The notes under the pieces were generated by a model. It searched no databases. It was not told where the DNA came from and saw nothing but the letters and a program-made list of their open reading frames with translations. The position numbers were made by a program, and so were the translations under genes. Below are positions 9,182-17,459 of a stretch of DNA of 27,084 nucleotides, piece by piece. Source of the stretch: an uncultured Bacilli bacterium (GTDB taxonomy: Bacteria; Bacillota_I; Bacilli_A; RF39; UBA660); NCBI GenBank assembly GCA_944363895.1, contig CALVVP010000080.1:1-27084 (forward strand), read 5' to 3'. Each line of letters starts with the position of its first letter. The stretch's first letter is position 1.

Positions 9182-10859
9182 CTATTTTAAATATTACTTG
9201 ATATGAATCTTCAAAATCAATTTCTTCAACATCAACAGTAAATCCATATTTTTCTAATGTATTTTCGCATTCTCTTATTGTATTTAAAGCTAAACGCATA
9301 TTAGGTGCAGCAGCGGTAATTGTTGTTCCGGTATTTTGTGCTGCGATATTATTTTCTACTTCTTGATTATTCATATTAGTTGACTGAATAACTGAGTTAT
9401 CTATACTAGGTATTTCAGTTGTATTATTGTCGATAGGCACTTCATATATTGGTTGATTATCAGTAGGTTCGTTAATTATTGAAGGATTTGATTCAATATT
9501 TGATACCCCTGGTACTGTTGGTTCAATTGACGATACACTTGGTGTACTTGGTACCTCTGGCATTGTTGGTTCAATTGACGATACACTTGGTGTACTTGGT
9601 ACTTCTGGTATTGTCGGTTCGACTGTTGGTACACTTGGTTCAATACTTGGCATGCTTGGTACTTCTGGTATTGTCGGTTCAATTGTTGGTACACTTGGTT
9701 CAATACTTGGCATGCTTGGTACTTCTGGCATTGTCGGTTCAATTGTTGGTACACTTGGTTCAATACTTGGCATACTTGGTGCCTCTGGTATTGTTGGTTC
9801 AATTGATGGTACACTTGGTTCAATACTTGGCATACTTGGTGCCTCTGGTATTGTCGGTTCAATTGTTGGTACACTTGGTTCTGTGCTTGATGATAAAGAA
9901 GTTGAATCAGTCACATTATTAGTATTCATATTACTAAAGAAATTTTCTAATTTAAAATCACTTTGATTATTTTGTTCAACTTGTGGTTCTTCAAAGAAAT
10001 TGAAAAATTTACCTTCATGAAGAGGTTGTTCATTCGTTTCAACAGCAGTAGTACTAGAAGGTGCCTTTAATAATTCATCCATATCAGCAACAGGTTTTTC
10101 TTGAGGAGTTATATCTTGTGCAGTTTGTTCAATTTTATCAATATCCATAAAGCCTGGTAATTTAGTAGTATCAATACTACTTAATTCAATATCAGGAATT
10201 TGAACTACTTCTTCTTTAACAATAGGGTTCTCAATTGGTTGATTATTTGTATTTTCATTTAACATTTTATCAATCTCCTCATCTGTTTTTCGAACTGTCA
10301 ATCGTTCAGTTATAATTCTATTTAACATTTCAACTTGTTTTTTTTGGTCTTTCAATTTTAATAATGATCGAGCGTGACGTTCAGAGATTTTATTTTCTAA
10401 TAAGGCTTCTTGAACTTCATCACTTAAATTTAATAATCTTAATGTATTAGCAATAGATGATTGGGATTTTCCCACTTTTTGAGCTAAATCTTCTTGGCTA
10501 ATATAGCCCATATCCAATATTTTTTTATATGAGATAGCTTTTTCAATTGGGGTTAAATCTTCTCTTTGAACATTTTCAATTAAAGCAATTTCGACACTAT
10601 CTTTATCAGTCATTTCTGAAATAATAGCTGGAATTGTTTGTTTACCTGCTAAAACACTAGCTTTATATCTTCGTTCTCCCGCAATTATTTCATATTTATC
10701 GCCAATTCTTCTAACGACAATTGGTTGAATAACACCGTATTTTTTAATTGACAAAGCTAGTTCATTAATTGAATTTTCATCAAATTTAATTCGTGGTTGG
10801 AACCTATTTGGTAAAACATCATTTATATTTAATTCGACAACTTTTTTTTCATTTGGCAC
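9171..10859 (-). CDS. noc: ParB-family CTP-binding DNA-binding protein of the Noc (nucleoid occlusion) type with a ~320-aa low-complexity insertion; 562 aa
   Basis: GTG start after AGGAAGGGG. PNRFQPR, IQPIVVR, IAGERRYKA, ALIENVQREDL, HTH LAQKVGKSQSSIANTLRLL, ISERHARSL. The C-terminal MRLALNTIRE...GF.V..EEIDFEDSYQVIFKIEK resembles the Noc C-terminal domain as I recall it. Located directly after rsmG, the position of noc in Bacillus. Confidence 0.75.
   Translation of the reverse strand: MPNEKKVVELNINDVLPNRFQPRIKFDENSINELALSIKKYGVIQPIVVRRIGDKYEIIAGERRYKASVLAGKQTIPAIISEMTDKDSVEIALIENVQREDLTPIEKAISYKKILDMGYISQEDLAQKVGKSQSSIANTLRLLNLSDEVQEALLENKISERHARSLLKLKDQKKQVEMLNRIITERLTVRKTDEEIDKMLNENTNNQPIENPIVKEEVVQIPDIELSSIDTTKLPGFMDIDKIEQTAQDITPQEKPVADMDELLKAPSSTTAVETNEQPLHEGKFFNFFEEPQVEQNNQSDFKLENFFSNMNTNNVTDSTSLSSSTEPSVPTIEPTIPEAPSMPSIEPSVPSIEPTIPEAPSMPSIEPSVPTIEPTMPEVPSMPSIEPSVPTIEPTIPEVPSMPSIEPSVPTVEPTIPEVPSTPSVSSIEPTMPEVPSTPSVSSIEPTVPGVSNIESNPSIINEPTDNQPIYEVPIDNNTTEIPSIDNSVIQSTNMNNQEVENNIAAQNTGTTITAAAPNMRLALNTIRECENTLEKYGFTVDVEEIDFEDSYQVIFKIEKK
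9511..9881. repeat. Intragenic tandem repeat: about five 60-bp units (20 aa, EPTIPE[AV]PSMPSIEPSVP[ST]I) plus two 48-bp units (16 aa, PEVPSTPSVSSIEPT[MV])
   Basis: Lines 9601, 9661, 9721, 9781 and 9841 align column by column with few substitutions; GTTGGTTCAATTGACGATACACTTGGTGTACTTGGTAC occurs at 9517 and 9565 (48-bp period). Confidence 0.95.
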
Positions 10860-10893
10860 GAAAAAAACCCCTTCCTAATTCTTTTATAAGTAA

Positions 10894-10922
10894 ATGATAC
10901 TATATTTTGGGAAATAATGCAA
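10894..10922 (-). promoter_or_regulatory. Putative sigmaA promoter of the noc-like gene, overlapped by a 14-bp direct repeat
   Basis: Minus strand TTGCAT (10922-10917)-17 nt-TATCAT (10899-10894). TTTTGGGAAATAAT occurs at 10905-10918 and 10927-10940. Confidence 0.6.
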
Positions 10923-10947
10923 GGGGTTTTGGGAAATAATTTTAAAA

Positions 10948-11652
10948 TTATAATGGTCTTTTCTTAATTTCATTATATTTCCTAGGAAATTTTTTATCAG
11001 TAATTGCATCTTTTTGAATTTTAATAATTGTTCTTTTACTATTTTCAATTGGTAAATTAAATATTTCACAAGTTTCGATATGAGATTTTAATTTAGTTAA
11101 AGCATTTTTGCTATTTTCAATTTCTTCATTACATGTGCCTTTCATCGCAATAAAATAGCCATTTACTTTAGTAATAGGAAGACAATATTCTAATAAAACA
11201 TTTAGTTGAGCGACAGCCCTAGCGACAACAACATTAAATTTTTCACGGTTTTGAAGTCCATATTCTTCAATTCGACAATGAATAGTTGCAATATTATTTA
11301 AATTTAGTTCAGAAATAACATTATTTAAAAAGTTTATTCTTTTGTTTAATGAATCAATTAAAGTTATTTTCAAATTGGGAAATAATATTTTTAATACTAT
11401 TCCAGGGAAACCGGCTCCAGTTCCCACATCACATAAGTTTTCTACGGTATTTAAATCAATTACTTTTAAAATAGTTAAACTATCATAAAAATGTTTTAAA
11501 TAGACCGCTTCTTTTTCTGTAATGCCGGTCAAATTCATAACTTTATTCCATTCGATTAATAATTTATAATATTTATCTAATTGATTAATTTGTTGATTGT
11601 TAATTTTGATATTTAATTTAGCTAGTTCTTGAATAAATTCTTCTATTTTCAT
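10948..11652 (-). CDS. rsmG: 16S rRNA m7G527 methyltransferase RsmG (GidB)
   Basis: WNKVMNLTGI, HFYDSL, DVGTGAGFPG, DSLNKRINFL, VARAVA motifs; ATGA overlap with mnmG stop. Confidence 0.97.
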   Translation of the reverse strand: MKIEEFIQELAKLNIKINNQQINQLDKYYKLLIEWNKVMNLTGITEKEAVYLKHFYDSLTILKVIDLNTVENLCDVGTGAGFPGIVLKILFPNLKITLIDSLNKRINFLNNVISELNLNNIATIHCRIEEYGLQNREKFNVVVARAVAQLNVLLEYCLPITKVNGYFIAMKGTCNEEIENSKNALTKLKSHIETCEIFNLPIENSKRTIIKIQKDAITDKKFPRKYNEIKKRPL

Positions 11653-13514
11653 CGATTATATTCCTTCTTTAAATAAATACTTAAAATGGAAATATCAGCA
11701 GGATTAACGCCACTTATTCTAATGGCTTGGCCAATGGAAGTAGGGCGGATTTCGGATAATTTTTGTTTGGCTTCACTAGCTAAATTAACAATTTTATTAT
11801 AATCAATATCATCAGGAATTAATTTGTTTTCTAAATTGATTAATTTTAAAGCTTCTTTTTCGGCTTTTTTTATATATCCTTCATATTTAATATTTAATTC
11901 AACTTGTTCAATTATTTCTTCTTCATAATTAAAATCAATTATTTTATTAATTAATAATTTTTGATAAGTTATTTCAGGACGCTTCAATAATTCATAAAGA
12001 CTATAACCATCTTTAATTTTTGTACTACCTAATTTTTCTAATATATCATTGCTACTTGGTGTGACTTTGACACTTTTTAATTTTTCTAATAACTCTTTAA
12101 TTTTTGTTTTTTTAGCTAATAATTTTTGATATTGTTCATTATTGATTAATCCAACTTGATAACCATATTCTCTTAGTCTTAAATCAGCATTATCATGTCT
12201 TAATAACAAACGATATTCAGCTCGAGATGTTAATAAACGATATGGATCACGCACACCTTTAGTTACTAAATCATCGATTAATACTCCGATATAAGCTTCA
12301 TTTCTTTTTAAAATTAACGGTTCTTTATTTTCTAATTTTAGACTAGCATTTATCCCCGCAATTAATCCTTGACAAGCAGCTTCTTCATAACCACTTGTCC
12401 CATTGATTTGGCCAGCGGTGAATAAATTTTCAATGATTTTTGTTTCTAAAGATCTTTTTAATTGAGTAGGGTAGATAGCATCATATTCAATCGCATAAGC
12501 ATATTTATTAATAACGGCTTTTTCTAAACCTGGTAAGCTATGAACCATTTTTTCCTGCACATATTTGGGCATACTTGTCGAAAAGCCTTGTAAATAAATA
12601 TCATCATAATATAAACTTTCCGGTTCTAAAAACAATTGATGTTTCTCTTTATCTTTAAATCTAACAATTTTATCTTCGATTGAAGGACAATAGCGAGGAC
12701 CAATTCCCGTAATATCATTAAGGCCACCATACATACTAGATTTATTTAAATTATCTAAAATAATTTTATGAGTTTCGCTAGTAGTATAAATTAAATGACA
12801 GGGAACTTGTTCTTCAATTTTATAATTTGGTTTATCATCAAAACTAAAAGTATGATAAACTTTATCGCCTTCTTCAATTTTAGTTTTAGAAAAATCAATA
12901 CTATTTTTAGCTATTCGTGGTGGGGTACCTGTTTTTAAGCGAATTATTTTAAAACCATATTTTTTTAAATTGTCACTTAGATAATTACTTGGTTTTTCCC
13001 CGTGAGGACCTTCTCTTGTTCTGGTATCACCGATTAAAATATCTGATTTTAAATAAGTTCCTGTCGTTAAAATGACAATTTTAGCAAATATTTTTTCACC
13101 AGTTTCTGTAATGACACCTTTAATTTGATTATTTTCGATAATTAAATCTTCGATGATTGCTTCTTTAAGATCAAGATTATCTTGTGATTTTAATACTTTT
13201 AACATTTCTTTCGGATAAGTTATTTTATCAGCTTGGGCTCTTAGTGCTCTGACTGCTGGTCCTTTAGCATAGTTTAACATTTTAATTTGTAATAAACTTT
13301 TATCAGTAACTTTGCCCATTATTCCTCCTAGGGCATCGATTTCTCTTACCACAATGCCTTTAGCTGAACCGCCGATTGAAGGATTACATGGCATCGTAGC
13401 AATATTTTCAATTCTTCCGGTCACTAATAAAGTTTGATGATTTTTTTTAGCTGCAGCTACCGCAGCTTCACAACCAGCATGACCACCACCAACAACAATT
13501 ATTTCATATTCCAT
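11649..13514 (-). CDS. mnmG: tRNA uridine-5-carboxymethylaminomethyl(34) synthesis enzyme MnmG (GidA)
   Basis: IIVVGGGHAGCEAA, MPCNPSIGGSAKG, RLKTGTPPR, GPRYCPSIEDK, AGQINGTSGYEEAA, TSRAEYRLLLRHDNAD. ATG 13514 preferred over GTG 13523 because AGGTGA precedes it at RBS spacing. Confidence 0.97.
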   Translation of the reverse strand: MEYEIIVVGGGHAGCEAAVAAAKKNHQTLLVTGRIENIATMPCNPSIGGSAKGIVVREIDALGGIMGKVTDKSLLQIKMLNYAKGPAVRALRAQADKITYPKEMLKVLKSQDNLDLKEAIIEDLIIENNQIKGVITETGEKIFAKIVILTTGTYLKSDILIGDTRTREGPHGEKPSNYLSDNLKKYGFKIIRLKTGTPPRIAKNSIDFSKTKIEEGDKVYHTFSFDDKPNYKIEEQVPCHLIYTTSETHKIILDNLNKSSMYGGLNDITGIGPRYCPSIEDKIVRFKDKEKHQLFLEPESLYYDDIYLQGFSTSMPKYVQEKMVHSLPGLEKAVINKYAYAIEYDAIYPTQLKRSLETKIIENLFTAGQINGTSGYEEAACQGLIAGINASLKLENKEPLILKRNEAYIGVLIDDLVTKGVRDPYRLLTSRAEYRLLLRHDNADLRLREYGYQVGLINNEQYQKLLAKKTKIKELLEKLKSVKVTPSSNDILEKLGSTKIKDGYSLYELLKRPEITYQKLLINKIIDFNYEEEIIEQVELNIKYEGYIKKAEKEALKLINLENKLIPDDIDYNKIVNLASEAKQKLSEIRPTSIGQAIRISGVNPADISILSIYLKKEYNR

Positions 13515-13523
13515 AAATTTCAC

Positions 13524-14879
13524 CTACTTTCCTAAACAAAATTGACTAAATAATTGATCGATTAATTCATCTTCATATGTTTCACCGATAATGCTACCTA
13601 ATAATTCCCAAATATGTTTTAAATCGATTTCCAAAATATCGATTGGTAAATTATTTTCTAAACCTTTTTTGATATCGATAAGAGAATTAAGAGCTTGATG
13701 TAAGAGTGATAAAGAACGGGCATTGGTCAAATAAGTTAAATCGGAAGTTGTAATTTGATCAAAATTAAATATCTGTTTAATTTTTGCTTTTAAATCATCG
13801 ATACCAAAATTAGTTAAAGCACTTATGTAAATAATTTTATCTTTATCTAGTTTTTCAATATTAATATGACTTTCTAAATCATTTTTATTAATTACAATTA
13901 AATAATTTTTCGTTTTTATTTTTTCTAATAATTCTAAATCTTCATTAGTTAATTTCTCATTATTATTAAGTAGTAAAATAACTAAATCTGCTTTTTCAAT
14001 TAAATCGATACTTTTATTGACGCCAATGCTTTCTACTAAATCATTTGTCGCTCTAATACCAGCAGTATCAATAATATTTAATATTATTCCATCGATACTT
14101 ATTGTACCTTCAACACAATCACGAGTAGTACCTGCAATATCCGTAACAATGGCTTTTTCCGTTTCTAATAAACAATTTAACAAACTACTTTTTCCCACAT
14201 TAGGACGACCAATTAAAGCAACATTTATCCCTTCTTTAACAATTTTGCCATTTTCGCTTTTATTAAGAATTTCTTTAATTTTAGTTTCAATATTAATTAA
14301 TCTATCATGCAACATATCATTGGTCATTTCTTCAATATCTTCATATTCAGGATAATCAATATTAACTTCAATATTGGCTAGTATTTCAATAATTTGTTGT
14401 CTTAAATCTTTAATTAAATTAGAGGTTTTACCACTTACTTGATTAATAGCTAAATTTCTTGCCGTTTCTGTTTTAGAATTAATTAAATCCATAATTCCTT
14501 CAGCTTCAATTAAATCAATTCGGCCATTTAAAAAAGCTCTTTTGGTAAATTCTCCTGGTTCAGCTAAACGGCAACCATTAGTTAATAATAATTCTAAAAC
14601 TTTATTAGTAGTGGCAATACCGCCATGACAATTTATTTCCACAACATCTTCTTTTGTAAATGTTTTTGGAGCCAACATAACTGAAATTAAAACTTCGTCA
14701 ATTATCTTATCTTCATCGACAATAAAATCATAATGAATGGTATGCGTTAAAGCTGTGGATAATTTTTTATTTTTAGTTATTTTATTTACGATATCGATAG
14801 CTTCATCCCCACTAACGCGAATAATTGAAATGGCGCCCACTCCTAAAGCTGTGGAAATAGCGGCAATTGTATCATTCAT
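13524..14879 (-). CDS. mnmE: tRNA modification GTPase MnmE (TrmE)
   Basis: DTIAAISTA, EDVVEINCHGG, AEPGEFTKRAFLNGRIDL, GRPNVGKSSL, IAGTTRD, DTAGIR, NKND, C-terminal FCLGK. Confidence 0.97.
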   Translation of the reverse strand: MNDTIAAISTALGVGAISIIRVSGDEAIDIVNKITKNKKLSTALTHTIHYDFIVDEDKIIDEVLISVMLAPKTFTKEDVVEINCHGGIATTNKVLELLLTNGCRLAEPGEFTKRAFLNGRIDLIEAEGIMDLINSKTETARNLAINQVSGKTSNLIKDLRQQIIEILANIEVNIDYPEYEDIEEMTNDMLHDRLINIETKIKEILNKSENGKIVKEGINVALIGRPNVGKSSLLNCLLETEKAIVTDIAGTTRDCVEGTISIDGIILNIIDTAGIRATNDLVESIGVNKSIDLIEKADLVILLLNNNEKLTNEDLELLEKIKTKNYLIVINKNDLESHINIEKLDKDKIIYISALTNFGIDDLKAKIKQIFNFDQITTSDLTYLTNARSLSLLHQALNSLIDIKKGLENNLPIDILEIDLKHIWELLGSIIGETYEDELIDQLFSQFCLGK

Positions 14880-15402
14880 GTTTTTCCTCCTTTTTTAATC
14901 CAATATATTTATATAATTCTTTTGGTTCTTTAAAAATTTCCATTGAACAATATTTATCAATAAAACAGACTAACCAACTCTCATAATAAAATGGGGGAAT
15001 AAAATTTAAAGGAAACATATGTCTTTTAATAATATTTTCAACCTTTTTATCCATTAAATCGGGAAATAGTTTTTTAGAGTTTTCTAAAGCTTCATTAGCA
15101 TGAATAAAACCATGAGATTTTAATAATGGTTTTTTCTCTTTATCTAATTGCCAATCTTTATAATAAAAATCATGTAATAAACCACCAATAGCAGCCGCTT
15201 GATAATCAAGACCTAATTTTTTAGCTAAATAATAAGCGTTGATGGAAACCATTAGACTATGACCATAAACTGAACGATGTTCATGATGATTATAAAATTT
15301 ACGATTGATAAATTGTTGATTAGTAATAATCGGTTTAATGATATCAATATATTCTTTGTCTATTTTATTTAAAATATTAACTGGTAAAAATTCATAAGAC
15401 AT
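14872..15402 (-). CDS. Small HD-domain metal-dependent phosphohydrolase (~176 aa)
   Basis: H..SVYGHSLMV, GGLLHDFY, HGFIH, IIKRHMFPL, ESWLVCFIDK. Start set at ATG 15402 with GAAAGGGG as RBS; its stop overlaps the mnmE start. Confidence 0.85.
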   Translation of the reverse strand: MSYEFLPVNILNKIDKEYIDIIKPIITNQQFINRKFYNHHEHRSVYGHSLMVSINAYYLAKKLGLDYQAAAIGGLLHDFYYKDWQLDKEKKPLLKSHGFIHANEALENSKKLFPDLMDKKVENIIKRHMFPLNFIPPFYYESWLVCFIDKYCSMEIFKEPKELYKYIGLKKEEKHE

Positions 15403-15426
15403 ATTATTTCCCCTTTCCACCACTGT

Positions 15427-15455
15427 ATTTTACAACATCTTAAATAATTTATCAA
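15427..15455 (-). promoter_or_regulatory. Putative internal sigmaA promoter for HD protein-mnmE-mnmG-rsmG
   Basis: Minus strand TTGATA (15455-15450)-17 nt-TAAAAT (15432-15427). Confidence 0.5.
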
Positions 15456-15477
15456 GAAAAAAAGACATTTAGTCTTT
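15456..15477 (-). terminator. Weak putative intrinsic terminator after jag
   Basis: Minus strand AAAGAC-TAAAT-GTCTTT followed by TTTT; only a 6-bp stem, jag stop in the loop. Confidence 0.35.
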
Positions 15478-16077
15478 AAATTTAACAACTGTATAGCGAT
15501 TAGGATCTTCACCATAACTAATTGATTCTAATTCAGGAAATTCACTAACAATTGAATGCACTTTTCTTCTTTCATAAGAATTCATGGGATCTAATTTAAC
15601 TTCGACTTTAGTTTTTAAAACCTCATGACATATTTTCTTTACTTCGCGTTCTAAATTTTTTAATCTTTTATTTTTATAATTTCCTACATCAACGATAATT
15701 CTTAAACCAAATTTAGTTAATTCATTCATAGATTGTCTTAAAATAATTTGAATTGCGTTTAAGGTTTTACCATCTTTACCAATCATTATTTTATTATTAT
15801 CGGTAACTAATAAAACATTAATATTTTCATTTTCAATTTTTATTTCAGAATTAATTTCAATATTCATTTTTTTAGCTAATTCATTAATAAATTGGCGAAT
15901 TTCTTTAATAATTTCATCTTTAGTCATCGCTTCAATAATATATTTTTTTCCTTTAAATAAGCCTGTTTCTTCTGTTTCAAAAGTATACAATTCATCTTCA
16001 TTAACATTTAATTGTTCTAAACATTCTTTTTTTAAAACTTCTAAGTTTTTTCCTTCAAATCTATGCAATGTGTTCAT
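15469..16077 (-). CDS. jag: Jag/EloR (KhpB) RNA-binding protein with KH and R3H domains
   Basis: N-terminal Jag domain (FEGKNLE...GLFKGKK), KH-like MIGKDGKTLNAIQ, IVDVGNYK, R3H PMNSYERRKVH, SYGEDPNRYTVV. Start ATG 16077 after AGGAG. Confidence 0.92.
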   Translation of the reverse strand: MNTLHRFEGKNLEVLKKECLEQLNVNEDELYTFETEETGLFKGKKYIIEAMTKDEIIKEIRQFINELAKKMNIEINSEIKIENENINVLLVTDNNKIMIGKDGKTLNAIQIILRQSMNELTKFGLRIIVDVGNYKNKRLKNLEREVKKICHEVLKTKVEVKLDPMNSYERRKVHSIVSEFPELESISYGEDPNRYTVVKFKD

Positions 16078-17074
16078 TTTTTTTACTCCTTTTAGCAATT
16101 AAATTTTGAACAATAGTGAAACTACTATTGACAATCCAGTATAAGGCAATTCCTGTGGAAATAGTAAATGAAGCAATAGAAATCATCACTATACTTATAT
16201 TCATCATCATTTTCATTTGTTTAGCTTGTTCACCTGATGGATTCATCGTCGTGTTAAGTTTAAATGAAAAATAAGTGGCAAGAATTACTAAAGCAACGAA
16301 AATTAGATAATAATATTGTCCGTGTTGGAAAGCTGTTAATGGGGTAATACCTAAATTTATACCAAAGAAATTTTCTTCTAAGACAACTGGTAAACGATAT
16401 AAGGCTTCGTAAAAAGCGAAAAATAAAGGTATTTGAATTAAAGCATATAAACAGCCAGACATTGGATTAATATTGTATTGTTTATATATTGCCATCATTT
16501 CTTGAGCTTTTAACATTTGTGATTGTTGGTCATTCCGATTACGATATTTTAATTCAAGTTTATCTAATTTACTTTTAGCCGCATTTAGATTTTCTGACTG
16601 CATCGCCGTTTTTTGAGTTAATGGATATAAAACTAAACGAATTAAAATTGTAACGATAATGATTGCCCAACCATAGTTTTGAGTAAACATGCCAATTTTG
16701 GTAATTAACCAAGCTAAAGTTTTTACAAATAATGTTGTCCATAGGCCTTCGTCGCCCGAAAAAACATTAAATTCAGAACAAACGGCAACATCCGATAAAT
16801 CGAAATTTTCATTTAATTCAGCTAGCTTTTGATCATATTCTTCTTGGGAAATAGTCGAATCATTTAGCTGATTATCTAAATCTATTTTATATTTTTCTTT
16901 TAATTCATTAAATTGTCTTTCGGTTTCTTCTGTTTTACACAAGATATTTTCGACAACTCGTTGACCAGTGGAATCAATAATAACTGGTTCATTGTTATAA
17001 GTCTTATATTGAGTACATCCTGTTAATAGGAATAATAAAGCTGCTACTAATAATAGTTTTTTTCTTTTATTCAT
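16061..17074 (-). CDS. yidC: Membrane protein insertase YidC/SpoIIIJ, lipoprotein with an extended extracytoplasmic N-terminal domain
   Basis: Lipobox LTGC (Cys20); YGWAIIIVTILIRLVLYPL, KQYNINPMSGCL, IQIPLFFAFY, GIALYWIVNS; located between rnpA and jag. Confidence 0.95.
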   Translation of the reverse strand: MNKRKKLLLVAALLFLLTGCTQYKTYNNEPVIIDSTGQRVVENILCKTEETERQFNELKEKYKIDLDNQLNDSTISQEEYDQKLAELNENFDLSDVAVCSEFNVFSGDEGLWTTLFVKTLAWLITKIGMFTQNYGWAIIIVTILIRLVLYPLTQKTAMQSENLNAAKSKLDKLELKYRNRNDQQSQMLKAQEMMAIYKQYNINPMSGCLYALIQIPLFFAFYEALYRLPVVLEENFFGINLGITPLTAFQHGQYYYLIFVALVILATYFSFKLNTTMNPSGEQAKQMKMMMNISIVMISIASFTISTGIALYWIVNSSFTIVQNLIAKRSKKNEHIA

Positions 17075-17411
17075 CTCTTTTCTCCTTTATCAATTCTAAT
17101 TTTTTTAATACTAAATTTAAATCTTGTTCCATTTCATGATAAGATTTATTTAAAATATTACTATTTACTATTATAATACAATTAAAGGATTTTTGGTAGT
17201 CTTTTTTAGCAACAATATGTTTTAATTGCCTTTTTATTTTATTTCTAACAACTGCGGAACCAATTTTTTTTCCCACTGAAAAACCAAACCGATAATTATT
17301 ACTATTACTCTTTTCAATATATAAAATATACTCTTTATATTTATATGGTCGATTATTTTTAATTATTCTTTGAAAATCAATATTATTTTTTACAATATGT
17401 TCTTTATTCAC
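17067..17411 (-). CDS. rnpA: Ribonuclease P protein component
   Basis: RFGFSVGKKIGSAVVRNKIKRQLK (RNR motif). GTG 17411 preferred with AGGTG as RBS; 17417 and 17420 are alternatives. Confidence 0.95.
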   Translation of the reverse strand: MNKEHIVKNNIDFQRIIKNNRPYKYKEYILYIEKSNSNNYRFGFSVGKKIGSAVVRNKIKRQLKHIVAKKDYQKSFNCIIIVNSNILNKSYHEMEQDLNLVLKKLELIKEKRDE

Positions 17412-17431
17412 AATCATCACCTAATCCTATG

Positions 17432-17456
17432 AAAAAACCACTGTTTAGACAGTGGT
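17432..17456 (-). terminator. Intrinsic terminator/attenuator between rpmH and rnpA
   Basis: Minus strand ACCACTGT-CTAA-ACAGTGGT followed by TTTTT, beginning 4 nt after the rpmH stop. Confidence 0.75.
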
Positions 17457-17459
17457 GTA

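Noticed and set aside
9476-9966. Three alternative-frame ORFs over the noc repeat (9476-9874, 9479-9922, 9652-9966)
   Set aside because: They stay open only because the repeat unit lacks stops in those frames; no RBS, no recognisable product, and they end near the repeat edges.
10884-11069. 61-aa ORF overlapping the rsmG 3' end
   Set aside because: Alternative frame of rsmG running through the noc promoter; no support.
14017-14355. 112-aa antisense ORF in mnmE
   Set aside because: Mirror of the conserved GTPase domain; typical shadow ORF.
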